NCBI GenBank assembly: GCA_052168235.1 | Contig: JBQLZK010000036.1 | Location: forward strand, 11,498 to 75,497 | Direction: 5' to 3' | Length of the DNA stretch: 64,000 nucleotides | Source of the DNA: Thainema sp. | GTDB lineage: Bacteria > Cyanobacteriota > Cyanobacteriia > Phormidesmidales > Phormidesmidaceae | Shown: piece by piece, positions 21,640 through 32,045 of the stretch | Layout: each line of letters starts with the position of its first letter | How positions within the stretch are numbered: position 1 is the stretch's first letter | The notes under the pieces: generated by a model | The model's database searches: none | The model's input: the letters and a program-made list of their open reading frames with translations, nothing else | Told to the model about the DNA's origin: nothing | Translations under genes and position numbers: made by a program

Positions 21640-23319
21640 TTGGGATCAAAACTCGTCTCAATGCCATTGAATATCGCGTCCTGTTGTCAACTGTCTAGAG
21701 CACATAATTGGTTGGCCAATACACCGAGCGCCTCTCCCCTAGAGCCGTCCCTGCCGCTACCGACAGAAGGGTTCACTGGGCTGGTGAGTGCCCTGATTGT
21801 GCTGCTGCTGGTTGCGACGGCTGTTGCGCTTGTGACGCGGCGGCTGCGCATTCCCTACGTTGTCGGCTTAGTCCTGGCCGGATTAGCCATCACCAAACAG
21901 GCTCTGCCCGAATCTGTCGGTCTGAATCCCGATGTGATTCTGAATTTATTTCTACCGATTTTGATCTTTGAAGCGGCGATTAATACTGATATCAGCCGTC
22001 TGCGGAGTACGATTAAACCGATTGCGCTTCTGGCTGGGCCAGGGGTGATGCTTTCAGCCGTGATTACAGCGGTGCTCCTTCAGACTTGGCTGGCTCTCGC
22101 CTGGATCACGGCAGCAGCAGTGGGCGTCATTCTCACGATTACAGATACCGTTTCGGTGATTGTGGCTTTTAGAAGCGTTCCAGTTCCGGCGCGACTCACG
22201 ACGATTGTGGAGGGCGAGAGCTTATTTAATGACGGTATTGCGCTGGTGCTGCTCAGTCTGATTACGACCATTCATCTGCAAGGCTCGTTCAGCTTGAGTG
22301 ATGGGATTCAGCAGATGGTGATTGCCTTTGTTGGCGGTGGGGCCTTGGGGGTTGGGTTAGGGTATCTCTGTGTCGGGCTATTTCGTCAATTGGACGATGC
22401 TTTGAGTAACATCCTGCTGACTGTTGCGGTGTCGTTGGGCACGTTTCAAATCGGGCAGGCGTTGAGCGTATCCAGTGCGATCGCAGTTGTGGTTGCAGGG
22501 TTAGTGATTGGTAATTTGGGCTTTCGCAGCACTTCGGCTTCAACTCGTGTAACCCTGTTGAACTTCTGGGAGTATGCCGGATTTGGCGTTAATACCTTTA
22601 TCTTCTTGCTGGTTGGAATTGAGGTGGAACCCCAAATCCTGCTGCAAACGGTTCCGGCAGCTCTGCTAGCCATCCTGGCCTATCAGATTGGTCGCATTTG
22701 CTCGATTTATCCCCTGCTCTTTCTACTGCGTTCCGTTGATCGACCACTGCCGTTACGGTGGCAGCATGTGCTGATTGCCGGAAACGTCAAAGGCTCCTTA
22801 TCAATGGCGCTGGCGCTCAGCTTGCCGTTTACGCTGCCGGGTCGCTCCGATGTGATCACGCTCGTGTTTAGCACCGTCTTAGTGTCCCTTGTCGGTCAGG
22901 GGTTGAGTCTACCCTGGCTGGTCAAACGTCTACGTCTGTCTACTCCCTCTGAGATCCGGCAGCGGATGGAAACGCTACAGCTCAACATGATTACGGCTAA
23001 AGCGGCTCAAGCGGAACTGCACCATCTCCTCAAGTTTGGCAGCTTGCCTAAGCCTCTCTATGAAGAACTGTTTGCCGCCTATCAAGCTCGCATTGCCTCA
23101 TCCGAACGAGAGCTGCGTGATCTCTATAACCAACGCATCGCCGATGGCATGAATACACTAGAGGATCAAGGCTATCTGGACGGCACCCTGCGCCGTCTCT
23201 ATCTGGCCGAAAAAGGGGCAATTAATGATGCGGTTCGTCAAGGCTTACTGTCCGATGAAACCTCTCAGTCATATCTGCGATCGCTGGATGAAAAGCTGCT
23301 ATCGCTGAAGGATGATTAA
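21640..23319 (+). CDS. CPA1-family Na+/H+ antiporter
   Basis: FLPILIFEAA, TDTVSV, EGESLFNDG; true start probably downstream of 21640. Confidence 0.9.
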   Translation: MGSKLVSMPLNIASCCQLSRAHNWLANTPSASPLEPSLPLPTEGFTGLVSALIVLLLVATAVALVTRRLRIPYVVGLVLAGLAITKQALPESVGLNPDVILNLFLPILIFEAAINTDISRLRSTIKPIALLAGPGVMLSAVITAVLLQTWLALAWITAAAVGVILTITDTVSVIVAFRSVPVPARLTTIVEGESLFNDGIALVLLSLITTIHLQGSFSLSDGIQQMVIAFVGGGALGVGLGYLCVGLFRQLDDALSNILLTVAVSLGTFQIGQALSVSSAIAVVVAGLVIGNLGFRSTSASTRVTLLNFWEYAGFGVNTFIFLLVGIEVEPQILLQTVPAALLAILAYQIGRICSIYPLLFLLRSVDRPLPLRWQHVLIAGNVKGSLSMALALSLPFTLPGRSDVITLVFSTVLVSLVGQGLSLPWLVKRLRLSTPSEIRQRMETLQLNMITAKAAQAELHHLLKFGSLPKPLYEELFAAYQARIASSERELRDLYNQRIADGMNTLEDQGYLDGTLRRLYLAEKGAINDAVRQGLLSDETSQSYLRSLDEKLLSLKDD

Positions 23320-23327
23320 AAGGAGAA

Positions 23328-24008
23328 TTAGGGCGAGCACAGTCCCATAAAGTCCAGCATTTTTCGAACGAGTTCCGGTTTTGTGACGGCTAGAATCGTG
23401 GAACCACTTTCCAGCAGCGTACGGCCATTAGGGATAACGAGATCTTCGTGGGGATGGGCCTGATAACCGATGATCAGCGTACCAGCGGGAAATCGAGGAT
23501 CTTGGGCAATTTCGGCCAGGCTGCGGCCCACGATGTAGCACTCTTGCGGGATCGTCAGCTTCAAGACTTCGATTTGTCCCTGTTCAAAGTGCATCATGGC
23601 ATCGACTTGGGGATATTCAATCGCATTGACAACGCGGTTAATCGCCAGTTCTGTCGTGCTGATGATGTGGGTAGCTCCGGCCAGCAGATACGGTTCAGCA
23701 AAATCGCGATCGCGCATTCGCACTACAATCTGTGGCACTTGATAGTGCTTTGAGAGCGTCACCAACGCCAAATTGAGCGCATCTTCCCGCAAGGCGGCAA
23801 TCACCGCTCCAGCTTTACGAATTCCCGCTTCCAACAGCGTTGTTGTGTTGACAGCACTGCCCTCAAACGCCATCACGCCAATTTTTTCACGGGCATACTG
23901 ACAGGCCAAGATGTCTGTATCCACCACTGCAACGGTGTGTCCCATGTGCAGCAGCGTCTTCGCTAGCTCTAAACCCATCATGCCAGCCCCACCAATCACA
24001 ACGTACAA
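23328..24008 (-). CDS. TrkA-family RCK regulatory protein
   Basis: GAGMMG Rossmann RCK_N domain plus RCK_C domain. Confidence 0.88.
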   Translation of the reverse strand: MYVVIGGAGMMGLELAKTLLHMGHTVAVVDTDILACQYAREKIGVMAFEGSAVNTTTLLEAGIRKAGAVIAALREDALNLALVTLSKHYQVPQIVVRMRDRDFAEPYLLAGATHIISTTELAINRVVNAIEYPQVDAMMHFEQGQIEVLKLTIPQECYIVGRSLAEIAQDPRFPAGTLIIGYQAHPHEDLVIPNGRTLLESGSTILAVTKPELVRKMLDFMGLCSP

Positions 24009-24036
24009 GTTTCTGCCTCGTTAACTGCGTTGTACC

Positions 24037-24094
24037 CTTACATCTCGCACCTTGCACTTTGAGAACCCTTCTGGGTTTTGGTGCAAGATGTGAG
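24037..24094 (+). mobile_element. MITE-like element family A, short form lacking the hairpin
   Basis: Matches 20818-20918 except for 43 bp absent at AACCC and a few substitutions. Confidence 0.75.
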
Positions 24095-24170
24095 CTTCCG
24101 AACTAATATAAAGCACCCTGAAACTGCGATCGCAGGTTTCACAGCAGTTCCGACAGAATAGCCAGATTGG

Positions 24171-24611
24171 TTAAGCACAGCAGCCTTGCTTCTGCGCTGG
24201 AGGATTGTCCAGAGAAAAATTAATGTCAGGACTGGTATCAGCAACTTTGAGCACAAAAATTTCCCAGCGATTTTGATCCGGATCAGTTATCCAAACCTTG
24301 TCCTGGAGGGCATAGCAACAGTCGGTATCTTTCTCTTCAAAGGTCACCAGTCCGGCAGCTTGGAAACGTGCGATCGCAGTTTGCACCGCCTCTACACTAT
24401 CCACCTGAATGCCCAAGTGAGAGAGCGATCCGGGACTGGTGTTGTCATTGCTGACATTAAGCGTCAGGTTTAATCCTGGATTATCCAGATCAAACTTGGC
24501 GTAGTCAGCCTTGTGCTTAATTGGCTTGGTATTGAATAAAGTTTGATAAAACGCGATCGAGCGATTCAGATCGGCAACCTTTAAGGCGATGTGGGTTTTG
24601 AAGGGGGACAT
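24171..24611 (-). CDS. arsI: ArsI/CadI-family glyoxalase-fold protein (probable C-As lyase)
   Basis: HIAL, HLGIQV, CCYALQDKVW..DPD..RWE, terminal CC. Confidence 0.85.
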   Translation of the reverse strand: MSPFKTHIALKVADLNRSIAFYQTLFNTKPIKHKADYAKFDLDNPGLNLTLNVSNDNTSPGSLSHLGIQVDSVEAVQTAIARFQAAGLVTFEEKDTDCCYALQDKVWITDPDQNRWEIFVLKVADTSPDINFSLDNPPAQKQGCCA

Positions 24612-24626
24612 GATTTTCTCCTTTGG

Positions 24627-24648
24627 TATTTAGAAAAATATCGAAATA
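24627..24648. promoter_or_regulatory. Putative ArsR operator before arsI
   Basis: TATTTAGA-N6-TCGAAATA; matches the palindrome at 25066-25087. Confidence 0.6.
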
Positions 24649-24676
24649 AAGACGAAATTTTTTTGTTTAGTCTCAT

Positions 24677-25066
24677 TTATGTCTCGTCACAGCAGCCCGT
24701 TGATGAGTCGTCTACCGCACTGTCAGTAACCTCTAGCTCTCCAACTTCAATCACCCGATTGCGGGTGCAGCACTCTTCAAATAGAAAATCAATGAGGGAT
24801 TTGAGGGCTTCTGACCGCACGCTGTACCAAATCCACTGCCGATCTTTTTCAGCGGTGACGATGCCCACCTGGCGCAGTTTGTCGAGGTGATGCGAAAGAG
24901 TTGGGGCAGAGATATCCAGTTCTTTCTGAATTTCTCCAGCCGGCAACCCTTTGGGGTAGGCCGATAGCAGCAGCCGCACAACCCGTAATCGGGACGGTTG
25001 ACCTAATGCAGCAAATGCGGCGGCGATGTCATCAATGGCAGACTGAGAGGAGTTTCCTATTTCCAT
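24677..25066 (-). CDS. arsR: ArsR/SmtB-family regulator with C-terminal Cys pairs
   Basis: ALGQPSRLRV, PTLSHHL wHTH, EECC and GCC. Confidence 0.88.
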   Translation of the reverse strand: MEIGNSSQSAIDDIAAAFAALGQPSRLRVVRLLLSAYPKGLPAGEIQKELDISAPTLSHHLDKLRQVGIVTAEKDRQWIWYSVRSEALKSLIDFLFEECCTRNRVIEVGELEVTDSAVDDSSTGCCDET

Positions 25067-25101
25067 ATTTCGACAATATTCAAAATAAGTTTATCCGTCA
25101 A
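25066..25101 (-). promoter_or_regulatory. sigma70 promoter with overlapping operator, probably leaderless arsR
   Basis: TTGACG-17-TATTGT-6-ATG; palindrome TATTTCGA-N6-TCAAAATA overlaps the -10 box and the start codon. Confidence 0.65.
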
Positions 25102-25212
25102 GTGCAAAGCAAGTACAAAGTTAATAGCGCTAAATCGGTTGCACTCCGGAGGGCAGCGTTCTCCTATATATAATCCAGAGGAGATACCTGCTTGTGCAAC
25201 TGTTTAAATTCA

Positions 25213-25521
25213 ATGGCTGACCGTGATTTGTACTCCGGGCTGATTCGTCTTCATATTCTTCACCATGCTGTTCACGAGCCAATTTTTGGCCTGGGCATCA
25301 TTGAAGAATTAGAGCGTCACGGCTATAAGCTGAGTCCGGGTACTCTATATCCCATCCTGCATGGGTTAGAGCGTAAAGGTTATTTAACTTCCTACAACGA
25401 ACGGTCGGGGCGACAGTCCCGAAAATTCTATCAGGCGACGGCTGAAGGTAAGGCCGCGCTGGACGAAGCGAAGGAGAAGGTTCGCGAACTATTTGGTGAG
25501 CTGTTTGAGGATGAAGCTTGA
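25213..25521 (+). CDS. PadR-family regulator
   Basis: LHILHHA, SPGTLYPILHGLE..GYL, RKFYQAT. Confidence 0.88.
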   Translation: MADRDLYSGLIRLHILHHAVHEPIFGLGIIEELERHGYKLSPGTLYPILHGLERKGYLTSYNERSGRQSRKFYQATAEGKAALDEAKEKVRELFGELFEDEA

Positions 25522-25655
25522 CGCGTGCGCTGTTTGGAAAGCGGTACCTTACAGCATTATCTGTGGTGTATTCTGCACTATAGTTCTTCGTTATCGAGAT
25601 GCGATATTGTGTTTCTAATCAATTCTGTTCTATATCGCTATTACTCGGTTAAGCT

Positions 25656-26882
25656 ATGGCTGCTCCAGAATCTCAGGAATCGAGAAGTCAACCCGACGAC
25701 AAGAATTCTGCACCTTTTTTAGCGCTGAGTCCGACACAGCAGCAGCAACGATTGAAGGAACTAGCGGCAGTATTCTTTCGACTGGGTTGCATCGCTTTTG
25801 GTGGCCCAGCCGCCCATATCGCCATGATGGATGATGAGGTGGTCAAGCAGCGACAGTGGATGAGCCGTGAGCAACTCTTGGATTTAATTGGTGTCACCAA
25901 TCTGCTGCCAGGGCCAAACTCGACTGAGCTAGCCATTCATATTGGCTACGAGCGAGCGGGCTGGAAAGGGTTGTTTGTGGCGGGGAGCTGTTTCATTCTG
26001 CCCGCCATGACGATTGTTTGGATTCTCGCGGCACTCTATGCCCGCTATCAAACTGTTCCCCAGGTAGAGTGGCTGCTGTATGGGATCAAACCTGTCATTA
26101 TTGCGATCATCTTGCAGGCTCTCTTTAAGTTGGGCAAAAAAGCAATTAAGGATAGACCCACGACTATTGCGGCGATCGGCGTGATCGTGGCGTACTTTCT
26201 GAACGTGAACGAGATTCTGCTGCTGCTGCTGGCAGGGCTGGCGGTAATGTTGATCAAGAACGTGCGACGGGGAGGTATTACAGCCTTATTGCTGCCGCTC
26301 TCGGGAACACTGGCCCAAACAGATGCCACGACAGCAACCACAGCAGTTGCCACACCGAGCTGGATTCAGGTGTTTCTTTTCTTTCTCAAAATTGGGTCAG
26401 TACTCTACGGGAGTGGCTACGTGCTGCTGGCCTTTCTACAGCGGGATCTGGTGGAGCGATTAGGCTGGCTGACCTCTCAGGAACTGCTGGATGCGATCGC
26501 AATCGGCCAGTTCACTCCTGGGCCTGTGTTTACCACAGCAACTTTTGTAGGGTATCTATTAGCTGGCAATGCGGGCGCGATCGCGGGCACTGTCGGTATC
26601 TTTCTGCCTGCATTTTTACTCGTAGGAATTGTCAATCCCTGGGTGCCTGCGTTGCGCCGCTCTCGCTGGTTTGGCGCTTTTCTGGATGGAGTCAATGCGG
26701 CCTCACTAGGCTTGATGGCAGGCGTCGTGTTTACCTTGGGACGCACCGCTCTGGTGGACTGGGTGACGATTGTGTTGGCGATTTTAGCTGCGATCGCGGT
26801 TTTTCGATTTAAGGTCAACTCCGCCTGGATTGTATTAGCTGGCGGCATCGTAGGGTTCATTGCTCAGCAACTGATAGGTTAA
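25656..26882 (+). CDS. chrA: Chromate efflux transporter (long-chain CHR)
   Basis: AFGGPAAHIA, PGPNST, GQFTPGP duplicated CHR domains. Confidence 0.92.
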   Translation: MAAPESQESRSQPDDKNSAPFLALSPTQQQQRLKELAAVFFRLGCIAFGGPAAHIAMMDDEVVKQRQWMSREQLLDLIGVTNLLPGPNSTELAIHIGYERAGWKGLFVAGSCFILPAMTIVWILAALYARYQTVPQVEWLLYGIKPVIIAIILQALFKLGKKAIKDRPTTIAAIGVIVAYFLNVNEILLLLLAGLAVMLIKNVRRGGITALLLPLSGTLAQTDATTATTAVATPSWIQVFLFFLKIGSVLYGSGYVLLAFLQRDLVERLGWLTSQELLDAIAIGQFTPGPVFTTATFVGYLLAGNAGAIAGTVGIFLPAFLLVGIVNPWVPALRRSRWFGAFLDGVNAASLGLMAGVVFTLGRTALVDWVTIVLAILAAIAVFRFKVNSAWIVLAGGIVGFIAQQLIG

Positions 26883-26893
26883 ACGAAGTTTTA

Positions 26894-27862
26894 ATGACGC
26901 GACAAACTCTAGAGCAATACCAGATTTGGTTGTACCTAGTAGCGTTGTCACTTGGCAGTGCACTCGGTTGGCGATCTGCTGCTTTCTCAGAGGGTTTAGA
27001 GTATGGCATCTGGCTTACGCTTGGCATCCTGCTGTATGCCACCTTTTGCCAGGTACCACTCATGCATCTAGGGCAGTGCTTTCGCCATCGTCGCTTTATG
27101 GCAGCATTGCTAACGGGCAATTTTATACTCGTACCCTGCGTGGTGTGGGCATTAGTCAATTTATGTCTCAGCGATCCAAAGCTCCAGTTTGGAGTTTTTT
27201 TGGTGCTGCTGGTGCCCTGTACCGACTGGTTTTTAACCTTTACCTATTTAGGACGGGGCAATTTGCCGTTAGCCGTTGCTTCTACTCCTGTATTGCTCTT
27301 AGCACAAAGCCTCGTACTGCCCTTGTATCTATGGTTGTTTACAGATAGACAACTGAGGGGGCAGATCGACCCAACTGTGTTTGTGGATGCTTTAGTGAGT
27401 TTAATTTTGCTACCCCTGGGTTTGGCATTGCTGACCGAGCAATGGGGTAAGATTCATGCCCTAGGCCAACGCTGGTTAACATTCACCAGTTGGTTACCAA
27501 TTCCGCTACTCGCATTAACATTGCTGTTAATTTCTGCCTCCCAAATACAGGCGATTGTGATGGAATCACTCTATGGAATGGGACGTGTGATACTCATTTT
27601 TGTGGCCTTTTTGCTAATTAACGGTTACTTATCACGCTGGATAGGACGGCTCTTTCATCTGGAAACAGCAGTGAATCGCACGTTAGCCTTTAGTTTGGGC
27701 ACCCGAAATTCGTTTGTGGTGCTGCCTTTTGCTCTCGCGCTACCTGATACTTGGTCGGTAGTGGTAACAATAGTAGTACTACAACCATTGGTAGAACTAA
27801 CAGGCATGATTGGCTATCTATGGTGGGTGCCCCAGAAATTGCTAAAAGATACCAGTTCTTGA
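26894..27862 (+). CDS. ACR3-like / bile acid:sodium symporter family transporter
   Basis: VPCTDWF, TRNSFVVLP, QPLVEL. Confidence 0.75.
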   Translation: MTRQTLEQYQIWLYLVALSLGSALGWRSAAFSEGLEYGIWLTLGILLYATFCQVPLMHLGQCFRHRRFMAALLTGNFILVPCVVWALVNLCLSDPKLQFGVFLVLLVPCTDWFLTFTYLGRGNLPLAVASTPVLLLAQSLVLPLYLWLFTDRQLRGQIDPTVFVDALVSLILLPLGLALLTEQWGKIHALGQRWLTFTSWLPIPLLALTLLLISASQIQAIVMESLYGMGRVILIFVAFLLINGYLSRWIGRLFHLETAVNRTLAFSLGTRNSFVVLPFALALPDTWSVVVTIVVLQPLVELTGMIGYLWWVPQKLLKDTSS

Positions 27863-27992
27863 CAAGAGCTTCACCAGGATTTGAGTCGTATATTTTGAGA
27901 TACAAAACGCCCTTCAACTGACACAACTTAATCGCTCGTCAAGCTGGTCAGCGCTACTGTACCCCAGGATGGATTCAGGTGAAATCTTTGGG

Positions 27993-28021
27993 GTAGGGAC
28001 ACGGCAATGCCGTGTCCCTAC
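27993..28021. repeat. REP-like palindrome
   Basis: gtagggacacggcaatgccgtgtccctac. Confidence 0.75.
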
Positions 28022-28136
28022 GAATGGAATGATTGACAGGCTATTTAATTCACGCTCCTAAGCAAGCATTTCATAAAAAGTAAATGATGGGGTTTCAACC
28101 GAATCTCATATAACTCGTTTCATGATTCTCTCCCGG

Positions 28137-29291
28137 TTAGGTGTCGTATTTTAGGCAACGAGGATCGGGCAACGTTGCCTTCTCTGGCTGACGGGGAAAC
28201 CAAAAAGCAGTCCGTTTGCAAACTTCGACCAGCATGAGCATGACCGGGACTTCGATCAGCACACCGACCACGGTGGCAAGTGCTGCACCGGAGTTGAGGC
28301 CAAACAGTGTGACGGCAGTTGCGATCGCAACTTCAAAGTGATTACTCGCTCCAATCAGTGCGGCAGGTGCGGCATCTTCATAGACCAGCTTCAGCTTTTG
28401 GGCAGCAACGTAGGTAATCAGGAAAATAAAGTTGGTCTGAATGAACAGGGGAACGGCAATCAGCAGGATATGCAGCGGATTGTTGACGATCAGTTCGCCT
28501 TTGAAGGCAAAGAGCAAGATGAGGGTAATCAAAAGGGCTGCGATCGCAACTGGACTCAGGTACTTGAGAAAGACCTGATCAAACCAGGCTTTGCCCTTGT
28601 GGCGCAGAATCCAGGTGCGCGAGATCGCTCCTGCGAGTAAGGGAAGGCCCACGTAGACCAGCACCGACAGCACAATCGTTTCCCACGGCACCGTGAGATT
28701 ATTGGCCGAGAGCAACCAGCCGCCCAGCGGCGCATAGAGAAACAGCATCGCCAGCGAGTTAATCGCCACCATCACCAGCGTATGTCCTTGATTGCTGTAG
28801 GACAGATAGCCCCACATCAGCACCATTGCCGTACAGGGGGCGATGCCCAGCAGGATCGCGCCAGCAATATAGGAATTGGCTAGCGAGACTTCAACGCCGC
28901 GAATGATTTCGGTACTCTCCAAGAGTGGACGAAACAGCCAACCCAGAAAGAACTGGGCAAAGGCCACCATCGTAAACGGCTTGATCAGCCAATTCACCAC
29001 CAGCGTCAACATCACGGGTCTGGGCGTTTGGGCCGCTTGCTTGGCCTGAGAAAAATCAATCTTGACCATGATGGGATACATCATGAAAAAGAGGCAAACG
29101 GCAATCGGCACAGACACCTGATAGATGCTCATGGCATCCAGAGCTTCTGCGAGATTGGGAAACGCACGGCCCAGCGCAATCCCGATTAGAATGCACAGGA
29201 TGACCCAAACAGTTAGATATCGTTCAAAAAGACTCAGCGTTCCTCCGGCTTGCACGGCTTTGGATTGCACATTCCGATACTCTTGTGTCAT
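28137..29291 (-). CDS. acr3: Arsenite efflux permease Acr3
   Basis: [40 protein letters not shown]. Confidence 0.95.
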   Translation of the reverse strand: MTQEYRNVQSKAVQAGGTLSLFERYLTVWVILCILIGIALGRAFPNLAEALDAMSIYQVSVPIAVCLFFMMYPIMVKIDFSQAKQAAQTPRPVMLTLVVNWLIKPFTMVAFAQFFLGWLFRPLLESTEIIRGVEVSLANSYIAGAILLGIAPCTAMVLMWGYLSYSNQGHTLVMVAINSLAMLFLYAPLGGWLLSANNLTVPWETIVLSVLVYVGLPLLAGAISRTWILRHKGKAWFDQVFLKYLSPVAIAALLITLILLFAFKGELIVNNPLHILLIAVPLFIQTNFIFLITYVAAQKLKLVYEDAAPAALIGASNHFEVAIATAVTLFGLNSGAALATVVGVLIEVPVMLMLVEVCKRTAFWFPRQPEKATLPDPRCLKYDT

Positions 29292-29365
29292 ACGTCTACC
29301 GATTCTCTAAACTGCGACAACAAATTAGCTTCCTTGCTCCCCTGCACCGATGCTCACAACCAGGA

Positions 29366-30631
29366 TCAGTCGCCTCCTCCCGCTTTCCAAGCCACATCTC
29401 GACTGGTCTTCGGGTTGGGTAGCTTCAACGTAATCAGTTCCGCCAGCAACACAAACAGCGCCGATGTCCACAGACAGCCCACCAGACCAAAGAACTGAAA
29501 GATCAGACCTGACAACACAGTTCCGGCTAATCGTCCGCCCGAATTTGCCATGTAGTAGAAGCCCACATTCAGCGCTACCTTATCGTCTTCGGTAAAGGCC
29601 AGCACCAGATAAGAATGCACCGCTGAGTTGAACGCAAACACAATGCCAAACGCCATCAGGCCAATCACAATGGTTTGTCCAGGCGGACGGCCTGTTTGCA
29701 GAGCAAGTGCGATCGCAACAGGCATCGCCGTTAAGAATCCCGTCCAGAAGCGAATGGTCTTGGCAGTTGGCGGTTGGCCAGAACCCCAGCGTTTGAGAAT
29801 TGTCGGGGCTAGGGACTGTACGATACCGTAACCAATCACCCAGATGGCCAGAAAGCCACCCACCTGCTCAAACGTCCAGTTCAGCTCGCTGTAGAGAAAC
29901 ACGGGCAGACCGACGACAAACCAAACATCTCTGGCTCCAAACAGAAAGAACCGCGCGGCAGAGAGAATATTGATCTCTCGACTTTTAGAAAAAAGCTGGC
30001 GAAACTTCACTTTAGCTTTGATCTTGCCCATGCCGGACGGCAGCCATCGACTCGACAGCAGCACCAGAAAAAGCCCACCCGCCATGATCAGCAGCGCATT
30101 CACGTAGCCGAATGCCGCCAGCAAAACGCTGCCAATAAAAAAGCCGACCCCCTTCAGGGCATTCTTCGATCCAGTCAGGATAGCCACCCACTTAAACAGC
30201 GATGACTGAGCATCCTGCGGAATCACTAGCCGGATGGCACTTTTAGAACTCATCTTAGTCAGGTCTTTGGCAATCCCCGATAGCGCCTGCGCTGCCATCA
30301 CATAGGGAATTGCCAGCGTCAGCGCCCAGGATTCATTCACGGGTGTCATGAGCAGCAATGCGCCAATTTGCAGCGCAATGCCGCCGTACAGGGTGAGTTT
30401 TACACCAAACTGCGAGCCAATCCAGCCGCCGAACAGGTTCGTGACAATGCCAAAAATCTCGTAAAACAGAAACAGCATCGCCACTTCAAAGGGCGAGTAG
30501 CCAATCGTATAGAAGTAGAGCAGCACCAGCATCCGCAGCGCCCCGTCAGTGAGGGTAAACCCCCAGTAAGCGGCTGTCACAAGAGCGTAGTTGCGAACCC
30601 CAGCTTTATCAAATGTGGTAGAAGATTCCAT
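29366..30631 (-). CDS. arsJ: Organoarsenical MFS efflux permease ArsJ
   Basis: FTLTDGALRMLVL, AKDLTKMSSKS, LTGSKNALKG; directly follows a GAPDH gene. Confidence 0.92.
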   Translation of the reverse strand: MESSTTFDKAGVRNYALVTAAYWGFTLTDGALRMLVLLYFYTIGYSPFEVAMLFLFYEIFGIVTNLFGGWIGSQFGVKLTLYGGIALQIGALLLMTPVNESWALTLAIPYVMAAQALSGIAKDLTKMSSKSAIRLVIPQDAQSSLFKWVAILTGSKNALKGVGFFIGSVLLAAFGYVNALLIMAGGLFLVLLSSRWLPSGMGKIKAKVKFRQLFSKSREINILSAARFFLFGARDVWFVVGLPVFLYSELNWTFEQVGGFLAIWVIGYGIVQSLAPTILKRWGSGQPPTAKTIRFWTGFLTAMPVAIALALQTGRPPGQTIVIGLMAFGIVFAFNSAVHSYLVLAFTEDDKVALNVGFYYMANSGGRLAGTVLSGLIFQFFGLVGCLWTSALFVLLAELITLKLPNPKTSRDVAWKAGGGD

Positions 30632-30674
30632 AGGTTGATCGGATGATGTGAACGATTACACGCCGGATCAATGA

Positions 30675-31685
30675 TTACGCCAACGAAACCGCGACCTTGC
30701 GCGCCAATTCCGCCATCCGATTGGCATAGCCCCACTCGTTGTCATACCAGGCCAGAATTTTCACCTGAGTGCCGTCCACCACCATCGTGGAAAGGGCATC
30801 AATAATGGACGAACGAGGATCATCTTTATAGTCAATCGAGACGAGGGGACGCTCTTCATAGCCGAGAATGCCCTTCAGCTCTCCCTCAGAAGCAGTTTGC
30901 AGGAGCTGATTCACCTCTTCAACAGTGGTAGAGCGCTCAACTTCAAATACGCAGTCGGTCAGTGAGGCATTGAGTAGCGGCACCCGCACCGCCAACCCGT
31001 TCAGCTTGCCGTTCAACTCTGGATAAATCAGGCCAATCGCGGTTGCCGATCCGGTCGTCGTCGGAATTAAGGACAAACTGGTTGCCCGTGCCCGCCGCAA
31101 ATCCTTATGCGGTGCATCCACAATCGTTTGAGTGTTGGTGTTGTCGTGGATGGTTGTAATCACGCCATGCTTAATCCCCAGTCCTTCATGAATTACCTTC
31201 ACTACTGGAGCGAGACAGTTCGTGGTGCAGGATGCAGCGGTTAACAGGTGATGTTCTGAAGGATTGTAGAGGTGATCATTAATGCCATAGACGATGTTGA
31301 GCGCCCCTTGCTTCACCGGAGCGGCCACAATCACCTTTTTAACGCCGCGTTTGAAGTAGGGATCAAGTAGCTCCGTCGTGCGGAACTTGCCGGAAGATTC
31401 CAATACGATATCGACTCCTAGCTCATCCCAAGGTACATCACCGGGAGCTGAGTGTTCACTAAAGCTGATCGGTTGCCCATTGATGAGAATGCGATCGCAA
31501 TCCGCCGCTTCTACCTCCGGTGCCCAGCGGCCATGTATAGAATCAAACTTGAGCAGGTGAGCCGCCGCCGCCGTTCCTCCTTTGACCTCGTTGATGTGGA
31601 CAAAATCCAGCTCTGGCCAGTCCCAGGCCGCCCGCATCAGCAAGCGACCAATGCGGCCAAATCCGTTAATCGCAACTCGTGTCAT
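30675..31685 (-). CDS. gap: ArsJ-associated glyceraldehyde-3-phosphate dehydrogenase
   Basis: [25 protein letters not shown]. Confidence 0.95.
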   Translation of the reverse strand: MTRVAINGFGRIGRLLMRAAWDWPELDFVHINEVKGGTAAAAHLLKFDSIHGRWAPEVEAADCDRILINGQPISFSEHSAPGDVPWDELGVDIVLESSGKFRTTELLDPYFKRGVKKVIVAAPVKQGALNIVYGINDHLYNPSEHHLLTAASCTTNCLAPVVKVIHEGLGIKHGVITTIHDNTNTQTIVDAPHKDLRRARATSLSLIPTTTGSATAIGLIYPELNGKLNGLAVRVPLLNASLTDCVFEVERSTTVEEVNQLLQTASEGELKGILGYEERPLVSIDYKDDPRSSIIDALSTMVVDGTQVKILAWYDNEWGYANRMAELARKVAVSLA

Positions 31686-31742
31686 ATAACCTCTAATCCC
31701 AGGTGAATACGGAAATCGCTGCCATAAACGCCATCAACGGTT

Positions 31743-31814
31743 GTAGGAGCGAAGCATTCTGCCACAATCTTTTGCATTCATTACAGACGTATTGCCAGAA
31801 TGCTTCGCCCCTAC
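31743..31814. repeat. REP-like inverted repeat (long form)
   Basis: gtaggagcgaagcattctg...cagaatgcttcgcccctac. Confidence 0.75.
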
Positions 31815-31849
31815 GGGTCGGCATAGGGCAGGTGTGAGCCACGCCTACC

Positions 31850-31875
31850 ATCAAATCAAATATATTTGATTTGAT
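31850..31875. promoter_or_regulatory. Perfect 26-bp palindrome containing ATCAA-N6-TTGAT (ArsR-type operator)
   Basis: atcaaatcaaatatatttgatttgat upstream of gap-arsJ-acr3. Confidence 0.7.
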
Positions 31876-32045
31876 CAAGCAATGCAGAATGCGTTGTCAA
31901 ACTGCTTCATTAAACTTAACTATTGAATTCATCGTCTTGAGATGAAACGAAGGGTTTAACTGCTAAATCTTGATGGCAGTAGTCATATTGGCCAGGACGT
32001 TGGGAGACAATAAAAACGTTCTAGCGTTTTAACGTCTGAACGTTA

